Shown here: in pieces, positions 48,797 to 58,648 of the stretch | Position numbering within the stretch: position 1 is the stretch's first letter | Layout of the letters: each line of letters starts with the position of its first letter | DNA from: a virus | DNA: 64,000 nt | IMG/VR virus record: IMGVR_UViG_3300009285_001996 | Strand: one strand, 5' to 3' | Position numbers and translations under genes: made by a program | Notes under the pieces: generated by a model | Told to the model about the DNA's origin: nothing | Seen by the model: the letters and a program-made list of their open reading frames with translations, nothing else | The model's database searches: none

Positions 48797-49114
48797 CTAC
48801 GCTAAGTTTGTATATACTTTGAATTGGGCAACATCAGATTTCCAGGAATTATCACCATCTAATACCCTAGCCTGAAAATACCATGTGCCCGCTACATCCA
48901 AAAAACCAGACTCAGTAGTATATTTTACTTGCCCATCACTGCCGTCACTCACCAATACGCCAGCCTTACTCACTACTGTATTGTTAGGTTTCTTAAAATA
49001 AAAAGTAAGGGTGGCACCGGAAATGTCTATTATACTACTGCCATCTTTAATGGTTGTGGTTAAAACGGTGCCCACATCTCCCACATGAATTTCGTTAACT
49101 GGCATGTCATTCAC
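48797..49114 (-). CDS. BppU N-terminal-like Ig-fold structural protein
   Basis: GD.GT....I.D..DISGAT..F.KP..G.V.Y..LDVAG.W. Confidence 0.65.
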   Translation of the reverse strand: MNDMPVNEIHVGDVGTVLTTTIKDGSSIIDISGATLTFYFKKPNNTVVSKAGVLVSDGSDGQVKYTTESGFLDVAGTWYFQARVLDGDNSWKSDVAQFKVYTNLA

Positions 49115-51078
49115 TATCTTTCCAGAACAAAATCTTTAGATTGCTCTATATAAGATGTAAAACTGGCGGTTTGATCTATATAGGACGTAATATTAGTCCC
49201 CCTACAAATATACACTATGCCGCCCCCAATCACCACTATTTCTTGCTCAACGGATATACCTAAACTAGCCAAAACGCTAGATATGCAGGAGATGTTACCG
49301 CTAAGATATACTGATATAAAAGCGGTTAGCCCGCATATTATAGTGGAGGAGCGGTTAATTTGCCCAATAAAAACTAGAGAGCGGTTTAAATCACACAAAA
49401 CCGTAGTGTTGTCGGTAATGGTGGTAGATAATGACCTAGTTACAGATATAGAATTGATTAGCAAGGGTTGAGTGGTTATATCGGAATCCAATCCCAGTAT
49501 TGTATTTTCTGCTACCGATATAACACTTTGCCCAATTACTCCCGCCCCAATTGAAAATTCCCTTAATAATCCAATGTTAATTAAAGATGAGGAGTCAATC
49601 GCCCCAACCAACAAAACAATACCACCAACGCTAATTTCGCCAATGATACTAGACTCAGCCTCAACTATTAATGTTAACTTTCTATTTACACTAATTCCAC
49701 CCTCAAGGTTGGTTTCACCATCAACATTCAAACCAACACCAACAATAGCGTTAACCCCAATATTTATATCAGAAATACTTATGAGTGAAAGATATAGCGA
49801 ACTCTCTAATGATATATATTCTAAAGATATTACGGACCCCCCCTCAATATTTCCTGCAATAGATATAAACGCACCAATATCTACGGTGCAAGTAAACGAT
49901 GACTCTGACAATATTACTACACCAAGACTTTGCAATAAATCAACATTTACACCCACATTAGTATTATCTAATAGTGAACCGCCCACACCCAATAATAAAT
50001 TGGCATAACCATCAATAATAGATGTGGAACTAATAGTGTTATCGTTGAAAAGTCTGGTTAGTTGTACTGCGCTATTAAGATCGCTTTCACTTACTAAAAC
50101 AGAACCAATACCGCTAACTAGAGATAAGCCGTTTAATATAGATGATGTTGACTCAACACTATTGACTAAACCAACTATTAGTGATATATTTAATGTGTTG
50201 ATTGATTGAGACGATATTTCGCCAACTATAGAATTAATAGAGTTTAGAAGGTTTACCAAAGTAGAATTAGAGGTTATATTTGATACAATATCTACAAAAG
50301 TCGCTCCCCCCACCACGAAGCCGGGCCAGAGATTGCGGCTGGGCTGGGCGATGAGCAGACCAGAGAGCATCACGTTGCTGCGGTCGGCCAGTTCGGAGAT
50401 TTCGGAGGAAGAGCGGGGGACGGACCAAATAATCGGGTCGGCGATAAGCTGTGTAGAGTATGATGGCGAACTCCTGAAGAACTGTGCGCCCAACGTCAAA
50501 CGATCTATTCCTACTGGAACCTTCAACGCCGTTTGGGTTGCACTGGGCTGCCCGTTGAGATATGCAATGATCGAAGATGAAGACGCAAAGACTCCCGCAG
50601 CGTGTTGCCACTGATTGGCAACATAGCTCGCCGTAGTGTCCGCGATTGCGTAGCTTCCGTGCCCAGCAAACGCGCGTATCGGATCACCTGCGACCGCCCC
50701 CTGTGCCTCAAGGTGAAATGATTCGTCTCCCACTACATCCCAGTTGTCGAGAGAAATCAACCAATGACGCGCAGTCACGTCTGGTGCATTGAACCAACAG
50801 CACATCGAAAACGGTGCGGCAGTCACCGGAGGCAGACCGATGATATAATCATTACTACCATCAAACGCCATTGCCCACCGCCCCAACTCCGGTACATACG
50901 TCCATCCGCTCGTCGCCGTGGCGGGGATGGCCATGTTGGTGAGTAAACCGGCATTGTTGTACAACGAGGAGTCGTGATAGTAGCTGCTGTTGACATGCCT
51001 CCCTAATCCAGCAAACACCAGCCCGTTCGCCAAGTGGTGGCCGTAGTTCATGCGGAATTGGGGAGGTCGTTCTGCCAT
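49114..51078 (-). CDS. LamG/concanavalin-like domain + repetitive beta-stalk fibre protein
   Basis: FDGSNDY..FSMCCWF..WQHAAGVF..YLNG; then ~17 repeats of 20-22 aa. Confidence 0.75.
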   Translation of the reverse strand: MAERPPQFRMNYGHHLANGLVFAGLGRHVNSSYYHDSSLYNNAGLLTNMAIPATATSGWTYVPELGRWAMAFDGSNDYIIGLPPVTAAPFSMCCWFNAPDVTARHWLISLDNWDVVGDESFHLEAQGAVAGDPIRAFAGHGSYAIADTTASYVANQWQHAAGVFASSSSIIAYLNGQPSATQTALKVPVGIDRLTLGAQFFRSSPSYSTQLIADPIIWSVPRSSSEISELADRSNVMLSGLLIAQPSRNLWPGFVVGGATFVDIVSNITSNSTLVNLLNSINSIVGEISSQSINTLNISLIVGLVNSVESTSSILNGLSLVSGIGSVLVSESDLNSAVQLTRLFNDNTISSTSIIDGYANLLLGVGGSLLDNTNVGVNVDLLQSLGVVILSESSFTCTVDIGAFISIAGNIEGGSVISLEYISLESSLYLSLISISDINIGVNAIVGVGLNVDGETNLEGGISVNRKLTLIVEAESSIIGEISVGGIVLLVGAIDSSSLINIGLLREFSIGAGVIGQSVISVAENTILGLDSDITTQPLLINSISVTRSLSTTITDNTTVLCDLNRSLVFIGQINRSSTIICGLTAFISVYLSGNISCISSVLASLGISVEQEIVVIGGGIVYICRGTNITSYIDQTASFTSYIEQSKDFVLER

Positions 51079-51610
51079 CAGCTTTGGGCCATTTTCGAGA
51101 ATACCGGCTTAATAGTCACTTGATTGGGCGTGTCCGTGCTCTCAAGCCCAGCAGTCGTTGTTGTAGTTGGGTTGCCGGTGATAAAGACCACGAATTTCGC
51201 AGGACAGAAACCGCCGAAGAGGTTGGCGACGGAGAAAGGCCCGAAGTAGTACGTTGCTGCTGCGTCCGCTGTAACGGCAACATTCGCCCCCATCTTGCAC
51301 ACCTGATCGCGGATTGATGTTGTAGTCACAGTCTCGGCCGATTCGGTCCCATCGAATACATCCGGCCAGGTCGAGTCGTCTAGCATCGCCACGACGTAGA
51401 CACGAATCTGTCCGACTTGGTTGTTAGCTCCCTCGACGACGAACTTGCCGCTCACCAGATAATCGAGATAGAGGTTGCTGGTGTTGTCGATTGCGGCGGA
51501 CTCCCACCCGCCAACCCACGTCTGAGACGAGGCGAGTCCGTGGAGATTGGTCACGACGAGGTTGGAACTCGCCGCGTACTGTAGCTGAATGTCACCGACA
51601 GCCATACATC
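50300..51610. other. high-GC module inside the structural operon
   Basis: hand counts of 38/60 (50341-50400) and 39/60 (50881-50940) GC versus 16/60 (50161-50220). Confidence 0.8.
51078..51605 (-). CDS. beta-rich virion protein
   Basis: 175 aa, GAGGTG RBS, coupled to the LamG gene. Confidence 0.6.
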   Translation of the reverse strand: MAVGDIQLQYAASSNLVVTNLHGLASSQTWVGGWESAAIDNTSNLYLDYLVSGKFVVEGANNQVGQIRVYVVAMLDDSTWPDVFDGTESAETVTTTSIRDQVCKMGANVAVTADAAATYYFGPFSVANLFGGFCPAKFVVFITGNPTTTTTAGLESTDTPNQVTIKPVFSKMAQS

Positions 51611-51634
51611 ACCTCATAGTAAAAATGTTTTAAA

Positions 51635-52117
51635 TTAAAGTAGGTTTCTAGCCCTATCTACATCGAAATAAGACAAGCCACCCTCGAATACCATTGTTGC
51701 TGGCGAAGCATCTGTACCCGTTCCACTGGAGAATAGCTTTTCAACACGAGTGGCTTCGCGCTTACAGTGAGTATAGACCATTGCGCGAACAGCCAAATCC
51801 GCCGCAGTACCCACCCACGTAGCATCAATACCAGCTCGAATATTGATTTTTGAGGCGTCAAGCGCCCCGAGTTTTGTCAGCCAATCCCAAATGCGAGCTT
51901 TACCAACACTTAGATTATCTACACGAGTCCAGTCCATACCATTACGCATAATTTCTTCTGGATTAACATTTGTCTTCCAAACGATCCAGATTGGCGATGC
52001 TGGTAGATTATATGCGACAGCGATTTCATAAGAACCATCACTGCCTATTGGATACGCAGCTAAAATTGGGTCCGCTAGAATGTCTGCTTTTAAAATAAGT
52101 AATTGTTCGTATAACAT
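51635..52117 (-). CDS. hypothetical virion-associated protein
   Basis: 160 aa, GAAAGG RBS. Confidence 0.55.
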   Translation of the reverse strand: MLYEQLLILKADILADPILAAYPIGSDGSYEIAVAYNLPASPIWIVWKTNVNPEEIMRNGMDWTRVDNLSVGKARIWDWLTKLGALDASKINIRAGIDATWVGTAADLAVRAMVYTHCKREATRVEKLFSSGTGTDASPATMVFEGGLSYFDVDRARNLL

Positions 52118-52164
52118 TTATTACCTTTCTAGTTAAATATGTAAGACCATTCCATATCACCAAT

Positions 52165-52200
52165 AAAAAACCCTCCACCACCTGTCGTGGTGGCGAAGGG
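52165..52200 (-). terminator. Rho-independent terminator downstream of the capsid genes
   Basis: CCCTTCGCCACCAC-GACAG-GTGGTGGAGGG-TTTTTT on the - strand. Confidence 0.8.
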
Positions 52201-52264
52201 CAAGGTTGTTTATTTTTAATTATCTAACTATATATTCGTGAATACTATATTATTGTAGCACTCA

Positions 52265-52420
52265 CTATATGTCGGTAGAAATTATGTTATAAGAGCCACA
52301 ATCGGCACAACACATTACTTTTCCTTTACCGTGTTTACCCTGGCGGAGTTGTAAGTTAGATATGTCGTTGTTTTGTCTATTACCATCTATATGATGCACT
52401 GTTTCATTTTTGGTTAATGA
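52265..52420 (-). pseudogene. HNH endonuclease C-terminal remnant
   Basis: SLTKNETVHHIDGNRQNNDISNLQLRQGKHGKGKVMCCADCGSYNI*; no start codon in frame. Confidence 0.75.
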
Positions 52421-52475
52421 TAGATATATACACTCTTTGGTGGCGATGGTACGAAAAATAATTATTCTCTCATTC

Positions 52476-52886
52476 CTAAACTAAGCTAATATCAAGGTTG
52501 CCCACAGAAATTTTCCCGGTATCCCCAGAAAGAATTGTCTTTGCAACATTTAGGTCAGCAGCCCCTAAACACGGACCTCCTGAGCTTTGACACATAATAG
52601 CAAGATGAGTAATAAGTGACCAGTCCCCCGTGGCTTCCGGCCACGTAATCTCAATATCGTTACTTAAAGCTCCAGCAGCCGCATTACTCCATGTGGTTTT
52701 GTCGTTATCAATGGCAGCTCTAGCATATCCGCTAGCTGCCAACGGTTCATCTAAACCACTACCATCGTCTGTTGGATCGGCGAGAGAAAGCGCTAAATGC
52801 AACATTCCGCTAGGCGTAAACGCCGTTGCCCCAAAAGTATAATCCAATAACGCATTTTCCAAATAATCAGAGAATGAACCAGCCAT
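52476..52886 (-). CDS. small beta-rich structural protein (head fibre/decoration or tail-fibre-like)
   Basis: FSDYLENALLD..Y.R..N...I.WP.A..W..ITH; lies between MCP and the terminator. Confidence 0.6.
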   Translation of the reverse strand: MAGSFSDYLENALLDYTFGATAFTPSGMLHLALSLADPTDDGSGLDEPLAASGYARAAIDNDKTTWSNAAAGALSNDIEITWPEATGDWSLITHLAIMCQSSGGPCLGAADLNVAKTILSGDTGKISVGNLDISLV

Positions 52887-52954
52887 GTAATACCTCTAAC
52901 CTGGTATATTTTTTATGTTAAAAATAAAATCTACTTATAGTTTGCACGGCAAAC

Positions 52955-53962
52955 TTAGAATGAACCCGCAATCGCCCGACGACCATCAAGAGCCGCCAAA
53001 CCGAACTCGATCCACCCGTAATACCCAGCCCGTCTTTGACGGTGCATGGTTTCATCTGGGAAAATCTGAAGTGACTGCTTAACCGGCATAATAAAGGAAT
53101 CGTTCTTTTCGCGGTCCAAACCGATTACTAATTCAAGGTCTCCACTCGCTAGTGACCCTGATAAAGTGCTCGTGAAAAAGTTCTGATATTCTTGACCTTC
53201 ACCAAATTCATCAAGATCATGTAGAACAACACCGAAAATACGATTGAGAGAGCCATCGCTAGCGAGATAAATTTCGCGCCTAGTCTGCTCATCTACTTGG
53301 TCTACTTTCCAATCCCGAATATCTTCCACACCCTCTGGTGAGAGATAAAGATCGGTTAACTTACCACGATTCATAGAGGTGGAGTTACCACCACCGTTAC
53401 GCCTCATTACTGTCTTCATCAAACTAACGAGTCGTTTGGTGAACTGTCCAGCGGAGGCATCGGCATCATAAACCAAAATGTTTCGATCAGCAGCCGCACT
53501 AATAAGTACGTGCCACTTATCGTCATTCATTTTCTTGACGAAACCAGCATCGAGAACTTGCAATGCTCTACTTACAATATCCCAACGGGCGCTACGTGCG
53601 TACCGTAATAGCCAGTCAATAGCATTACCAACCTCATAGGTCGGAACCATAACATAATCGCCCTCGATATTCCGCTCTGGCAAACGACCGTGATTGGGTA
53701 GCGTGTAAGCCACGAAATTCTTTTCAGTGCCAGGCGCAAGAAAATCTAAAGGAAATTCTGGACTAGCATCTGGGGCTAGTGTAACTTGCTGGAAAATGTC
53801 GTCCGCAAGTGGACCGCTCATAACGCCTTGGCGAAGTGGCTCTTGTAAAGCGACAGACATTTCATATAGAGCCGCTACAGACTCTTGCATGTTAAGTGAA
53901 CCACTCTTGCGAAGTAGTTCATCCATTTTTGGGGTTGGTTCCGTAATTACGTTTTCGGGCAT
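52955..53962 (-). CDS. major capsid protein (HK97 fold)
   Basis: 335 aa after protease and decoration genes; C-terminal GYYGWIEFGLAALD. Confidence 0.85.
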   Translation of the reverse strand: MPENVITEPTPKMDELLRKSGSLNMQESVAALYEMSVALQEPLRQGVMSGPLADDIFQQVTLAPDASPEFPLDFLAPGTEKNFVAYTLPNHGRLPERNIEGDYVMVPTYEVGNAIDWLLRYARSARWDIVSRALQVLDAGFVKKMNDDKWHVLISAAADRNILVYDADASAGQFTKRLVSLMKTVMRRNGGGNSTSMNRGKLTDLYLSPEGVEDIRDWKVDQVDEQTRREIYLASDGSLNRIFGVVLHDLDEFGEGQEYQNFFTSTLSGSLASGDLELVIGLDREKNDSFIMPVKQSLQIFPDETMHRQRRAGYYGWIEFGLAALDGRRAIAGSF

Positions 53963-54018
53963 GTCTATAACTCCTGTTCGATTATTCTAGTTTATTAAAG
54001 TAACTCTCATTTATTTGA

Positions 54019-54486
54019 CTAGTTGGGCAGATCAATATATACTTTTGCGTAACCATCTTCGTCTTTGGTTGAGCCAAATCGACCAACCTTACCAGCCGTG
54101 TTACCATTATCTACATTATGAAGTAGACCGCTCTCAGCAACATAGGCTGTGTTGCTAGCCGCTGGAGTGCATTGATAATGGATCATGTCAGTCGTAACCC
54201 AACCCTTCTGCAAGAGAGTTACGGGACGCCCTTTTAGAACCTCGTTCTTATGGAAATTGACATGCTGACGAGCCGTGTCAATATCAACCATATCGTTGAG
54301 CAATAGACCCGGAAGCAACCTTCCGCTAGGCACGGTTGCTAAATAAGTGCATAGTTGAGTGGCTTGGTCAATAGCAGTACCGCTACCAACAGTTGAGACG
54401 GACACGATACCACCGCGCTCTGCGGCTTCGTTCATCCACCACCCAATATCTTGGACTAGTTCAGCCCTGTCACCTTTTAAAGCCAT
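54019..54486 (-). CDS. head decoration/cement protein
   Basis: 155 aa between protease and MCP; GYAKVYIDLP end. Confidence 0.6.
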   Translation of the reverse strand: MALKGDRAELVQDIGWWMNEAAERGGIVSVSTVGSGTAIDQATQLCTYLATVPSGRLLPGLLLNDMVDIDTARQHVNFHKNEVLKGRPVTLLQKGWVTTDMIHYQCTPAASNTAYVAESGLLHNVDNGNTAGKVGRFGSTKDEDGYAKVYIDLPN

Positions 54487-54514
54487 ATTAATACACCTTT
54501 ATAATAGAGAATAT

Positions 54515-56002
54515 TTACTTTTTGTTGATAATACTTGAAAGATAACTTGTTAGTTCGGCAACGACTTCTGGTGTTTCACTGGTGCTACCAGTCGTCATGT
54601 CGGGCGTAACCTCGGAAGTGACTTGAGTAAGGTCCGTATCGGCAGCAGCCTCTTCGGCTGTAGTAGACTCTTCATCAGAAACCGCCCCGGTTTCAGTATT
54701 AGCAGGAAGTGTTTCTGGTTTAATTGCCTTAGCCGTAGCGTCCGCTAATAGCTGAAATTGTTCGTCAGTCATCGTTCCCGCCCTATCAACCAAGATTTCG
54801 GCTTCCGCCTTATCTACACCTTTATCAACCAGAACTGAAACTCGGTTAGCCCGAGAGGCTTTAACTTCAACCTCGTGCAACTTTTCGTTGGCAGCCGCAA
54901 ACTCTTTATCGAGAGTAGATTTAGCGGTTACTAACTCTTCGTGCTTTTTAGAAATTTCATTATAGGAGGCGGTCATCTCATCAATTTTCTTATCACGCTC
55001 AGTGATAGTAACATCTTTTTGTGCGATAACCTCTTTTAGACTGGTAATTTCAGCCGTGACCTTATCTTCGTCCATTTTTTGTAAACGGTCCCGAAGAGAT
55101 TTAATCTCGTTTTGGGCATCGGCATATTGCCGTTCCATCTTTAGAACTTTCTCATTATCTTCTGCCATTATTTCGCTCTCCAATACCGAATTTGATTGTT
55201 TGATGTCAGCCGCAGTGGCAAAAACGCCGTTAAAAATATTTGTATCGTTAAAAATCACACTGGCGGGATTTGCGGGCTTTTTAGTCAAACCTTTACCTGA
55301 AAATGTTATGTTTCGTAAAAGTCGCCCTATCCGCTTACCCTCATATACACCTTCTCCACCAAAAATTCTTAAATATTTTGTTAAAAATGCAGTTTCTTCA
55401 TTTCTCGCAACAACTTTTTGACTTCCATCAGTAAAAATAACCCCATAATCAAAGTTAGAAAATAAAGCCTCCATAGAGACAAACCACTCATTTTTAGCAA
55501 TACTTTCGATCAATTCCTGGGTTTTTTCTTCAACTTCCTTATTGCGTGACGCTATGTGTTTATAGATAACAGCACTAGTAAGTAAATGTAATCTAGACGG
55601 CAAATCTTCTACTGACTTAACATCATTAACTAAATCCAATTTATCATCAACTACCCACCCACCAGTTATATGTCCAATTACATGATCGGGTTGGTGTTCT
55701 AAATTAAATGGTTTATCTTCTGGAGTATCCTTAGCCTCATACACCTCCCATCTATCAAAAATATCGTCGTTTTTGTTCCAACCAGTACTAACTAAAATAG
55801 TATAGAGTGGATATAGATCAAAATTGGTATTTTTGGCTTTTGCCAACATAAACCGTTCGGCAAGGGAAATTTGCAGGGAAGATATGGGGGGGGAATCCAA
55901 AGAAATCACATTACAGTCGGCTAAAACAGCGTTTGAAACCGCCAGTTTTTCCCCCAACCCAGCTTCTAACTCAGTTTTGTATATTTTTAGGAATCTATTC
56001 AC
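54515..56002 (-). CDS. prohead protease-scaffold fusion
   Basis: STGWNKNDD, PFNLEH, FVSMEA, FSGKG; acidic coiled-coil C-terminus. Confidence 0.75.
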   Translation of the reverse strand: MNRFLKIYKTELEAGLGEKLAVSNAVLADCNVISLDSPPISSLQISLAERFMLAKAKNTNFDLYPLYTILVSTGWNKNDDIFDRWEVYEAKDTPEDKPFNLEHQPDHVIGHITGGWVVDDKLDLVNDVKSVEDLPSRLHLLTSAVIYKHIASRNKEVEEKTQELIESIAKNEWFVSMEALFSNFDYGVIFTDGSQKVVARNEETAFLTKYLRIFGGEGVYEGKRIGRLLRNITFSGKGLTKKPANPASVIFNDTNIFNGVFATAADIKQSNSVLESEIMAEDNEKVLKMERQYADAQNEIKSLRDRLQKMDEDKVTAEITSLKEVIAQKDVTITERDKKIDEMTASYNEISKKHEELVTAKSTLDKEFAAANEKLHEVEVKASRANRVSVLVDKGVDKAEAEILVDRAGTMTDEQFQLLADATAKAIKPETLPANTETGAVSDEESTTAEEAAADTDLTQVTSEVTPDMTTGSTSETPEVVAELTSYLSSIINKK

Positions 56003-56048
56003 TATATATTTTCCGTCATATTAATGTTTGTATATTAACACATACTTT

Positions 56049-56381
56049 CTAGGCAAGTTTTTTCGTTAAAAATTGACTAATCTCGGTTTTGACATCCGTA
56101 TCTTTTATAAACCCAACCCATTCGGCGATAGTGCGGTCTACAACCCGATTTTCAGCTTCAGCCCTTTTGGCTTCCGGCATTGTATTGTGCATATACGTTA
56201 CTTCCTTCATTACCCCGTCTTTTTCCTCTGCCGTTGTGACGGAACACCCCATACGCTCTTTACCTTCATAATCTTTATATTTGTTAGCGTATACGCCAAC
56301 AACATTTTCTAGTTTGTTTTTACCCATAGACACATCCATGCTTTTTTTATCCATATCCATCATCATACTAATCTTATTCAT
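56049..56381 (-). CDS. hypothetical protein with Met-rich N-terminus
   Basis: 110 aa overlapping the portal stop. Confidence 0.55.
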   Translation of the reverse strand: MNKISMMMDMDKKSMDVSMGKNKLENVVGVYANKYKDYEGKERMGCSVTTAEEKDGVMKEVTYMHNTMPEAKRAEAENRVVDRTIAEWVGFIKDTDVKTEISQFLTKKLA

Positions 56382-58605
56382 CGTTATTGCCTTTCAGAAT
56401 TGAAAAAACTGTTGATTGAATAACCCGCTTATCCTTGATGGTCGGCTCTCTATGTTGTGTCGCCACCACATTATTGTAGAACAAATTATATAATTGATTA
56501 AAATCAGTTGGTAATTGTAAACCGCCCTTCATTACCTTATACACCGTTTCGGCTGTAATTTCCGCAAAAGGTTCAAAACTAGCCAAAACACTAAACTTTA
56601 TATGTTCTGATTCGTTAAACTCTTTGGCGGACATTTGCCGTGCATTTTCCTTGCCATAAATTGACAATAAACCAGGCATCACTATTTCGTGTATTTGATC
56701 TTGAGCTTCTTTAGCCCACAACATAAGCATAGCAAAGTTAGACCCCAATTTAGGTTTATCCGTTTTGGTTCTTTTGCTGGTATCACCACTGTTTTTGGGG
56801 CGACCTTGTTTACCATCGGGCGAATCCTTTGTGGAAGCCCCTGGTTTAGCAGCAGAAGTCTTAGATTGTTTATCAAGACTGTCTAAAAATGGGTTTTTCT
56901 TAAACATCTCCTCAACATCTACACCAGCCTGTTTGGGCGAAAGTAGTAATCTTGAAAGAGCCGCCTTTCTCATGTCGTGATCTTTATCTTCCATGTGATA
57001 AGGGCTAGCCTTTCTAAGACGGGTTTCACTTTTCCGCTCTCGCTCTTCTCTGCGTGTGCGTAAGACTTCTAACCAGGCGTCTTCGCCAAACCTCTCTAGG
57101 ATTGTTGAATCTGACACTAGGTTGCGGTCCCACATTTGGATAAGCAACGATTTCTCCGCTGCCTCATCTGAGAGCACCATTCGGTCAAACCTAATAGAGG
57201 CAGGAAGCCTAATAGACATAGCTTGTCTGAATAACTCTATTTCTTTATTCCAAAACTGCTCTAATAAACGGCGTCCATATTCCAATCTCTGAACCAACGT
57301 TTTGAGAGAAATATAATTATTTGTAGTGCCAGCCGCGTTTTGTGAGCCAGTTAAAGTGGGCGGAACACCTAAACCGCTGTAAATTTGCTCTAAGCATGGT
57401 TCGTACTTTGTTTTACCCAAAAACTGGTGAACGTCTGTCCCAACCGTATCCACCGTTAAATCTGGACCCCAAATAATGTCGTAGGCACCCCCGCCTGGAT
57501 TGGCTAGTAGAATTTCCATCAATTTAGTAATAGCGGTATCTGTCGGGAAAAGTCCCGCCGCTATGTCTCCCAATTTCCAAACCCGCACCTGAGAGATTGC
57601 GCCATCAAGAGCGGCTAAATCAGCCAACTTCATTTTCTCTAAAAGAATAACGTCATCCAGTATAGAGTAAATCATGGGGTCCGCCCAATCTTGCCAATCA
57701 TCCTTTTTGTAGTGGAAAACCTGTAGTTTATCTTGTGGGAGTTCCACATACATTTTGTCGGACTTAAACTGGCGTAAAAGATCGGCAGGAAGTTCCTTGA
57801 TGAGAGAGCGGGCAAATTCGTCTTTCGGATAACTAACGGCTTGTTTTAGTGTAGGACTTATCTTTAATACATATATTTTCCTGCCTACGAATTGGGATAA
57901 TTCCCCGCCAATAACATCCACTATATATGGGTTTATAAAAGTGTATCGCCACGGAATTACCATCTTATCTGGTGTTAAACTTGGCGAAATATCCACATCC
58001 TTATGTAGTTTGTTATCTTCTTTAGCAATAGCTAATAACATTTTCGCGGTCTTCTCTGGTAATTTACCCATTATTCTCCTGCAAACTATATTACCAGACC
58101 GATAAAGATAATTTAGAAAACGTTCTGACCGCTCGGGACCGTTCACTGAGTAAAACCAATCCTGATATAACTTTTGAATTCGAGGGTTAGAATGGACAAG
58201 CGTAATCCCCTGTGTGCCAAAATCGGACATTAAATCAATTACATTCTTGAGGATGCCAACCCTACGATACGCCTCCATGCAATACCCTATAATATCCTTC
58301 TGCCTTTTTGGCAGGGCTTCGCCAGGGCGAAAATATTCGTAATCACCCCTATTAAACTCGTTTCGTACTGATATATTGGTTTCAACTCCCGCGTACAAAT
58401 CTCTACTGCCGTGCGACCTACTAAGAGTGCGGGATGAGTGAGCCTGATGGGTTACACCCTCATAAGCATTCATGGCTTTACCGATGGCGGCTAACGATTC
58501 TACATTTAAACTGCCATCTTGGTTTTTGTAGGAAACTAAGGCGGAGGGTTCTTTACCCGTATTTAGATAGTTTGTTTTTAATGGTAAATTTGGGTTCATC
58601 ATCAC
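56374..58605 (-). CDS. portal protein
   Basis: 743 aa after terL; YTFINP, FHYKKDDWQDWA.P, LGVPP.L.G. Confidence 0.85.
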   Translation of the reverse strand: MMMNPNLPLKTNYLNTGKEPSALVSYKNQDGSLNVESLAAIGKAMNAYEGVTHQAHSSRTLSRSHGSRDLYAGVETNISVRNEFNRGDYEYFRPGEALPKRQKDIIGYCMEAYRRVGILKNVIDLMSDFGTQGITLVHSNPRIQKLYQDWFYSVNGPERSERFLNYLYRSGNIVCRRIMGKLPEKTAKMLLAIAKEDNKLHKDVDISPSLTPDKMVIPWRYTFINPYIVDVIGGELSQFVGRKIYVLKISPTLKQAVSYPKDEFARSLIKELPADLLRQFKSDKMYVELPQDKLQVFHYKKDDWQDWADPMIYSILDDVILLEKMKLADLAALDGAISQVRVWKLGDIAAGLFPTDTAITKLMEILLANPGGGAYDIIWGPDLTVDTVGTDVHQFLGKTKYEPCLEQIYSGLGVPPTLTGSQNAAGTTNNYISLKTLVQRLEYGRRLLEQFWNKEIELFRQAMSIRLPASIRFDRMVLSDEAAEKSLLIQMWDRNLVSDSTILERFGEDAWLEVLRTRREERERKSETRLRKASPYHMEDKDHDMRKAALSRLLLSPKQAGVDVEEMFKKNPFLDSLDKQSKTSAAKPGASTKDSPDGKQGRPKNSGDTSKRTKTDKPKLGSNFAMLMLWAKEAQDQIHEIVMPGLLSIYGKENARQMSAKEFNESEHIKFSVLASFEPFAEITAETVYKVMKGGLQLPTDFNQLYNLFYNNVVATQHREPTIKDKRVIQSTVFSILKGNNDE

Positions 58606-58648
58606 CCCACGGTAAAACTAGCCGTTAATGAATAGACAATCACTACCA

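Noticed and set aside
50267-51317. Several overlapping alternative ORFs in the high-GC segment
   Set aside because: Expected from stop-codon scarcity at high GC; the LamG frame explains the region.
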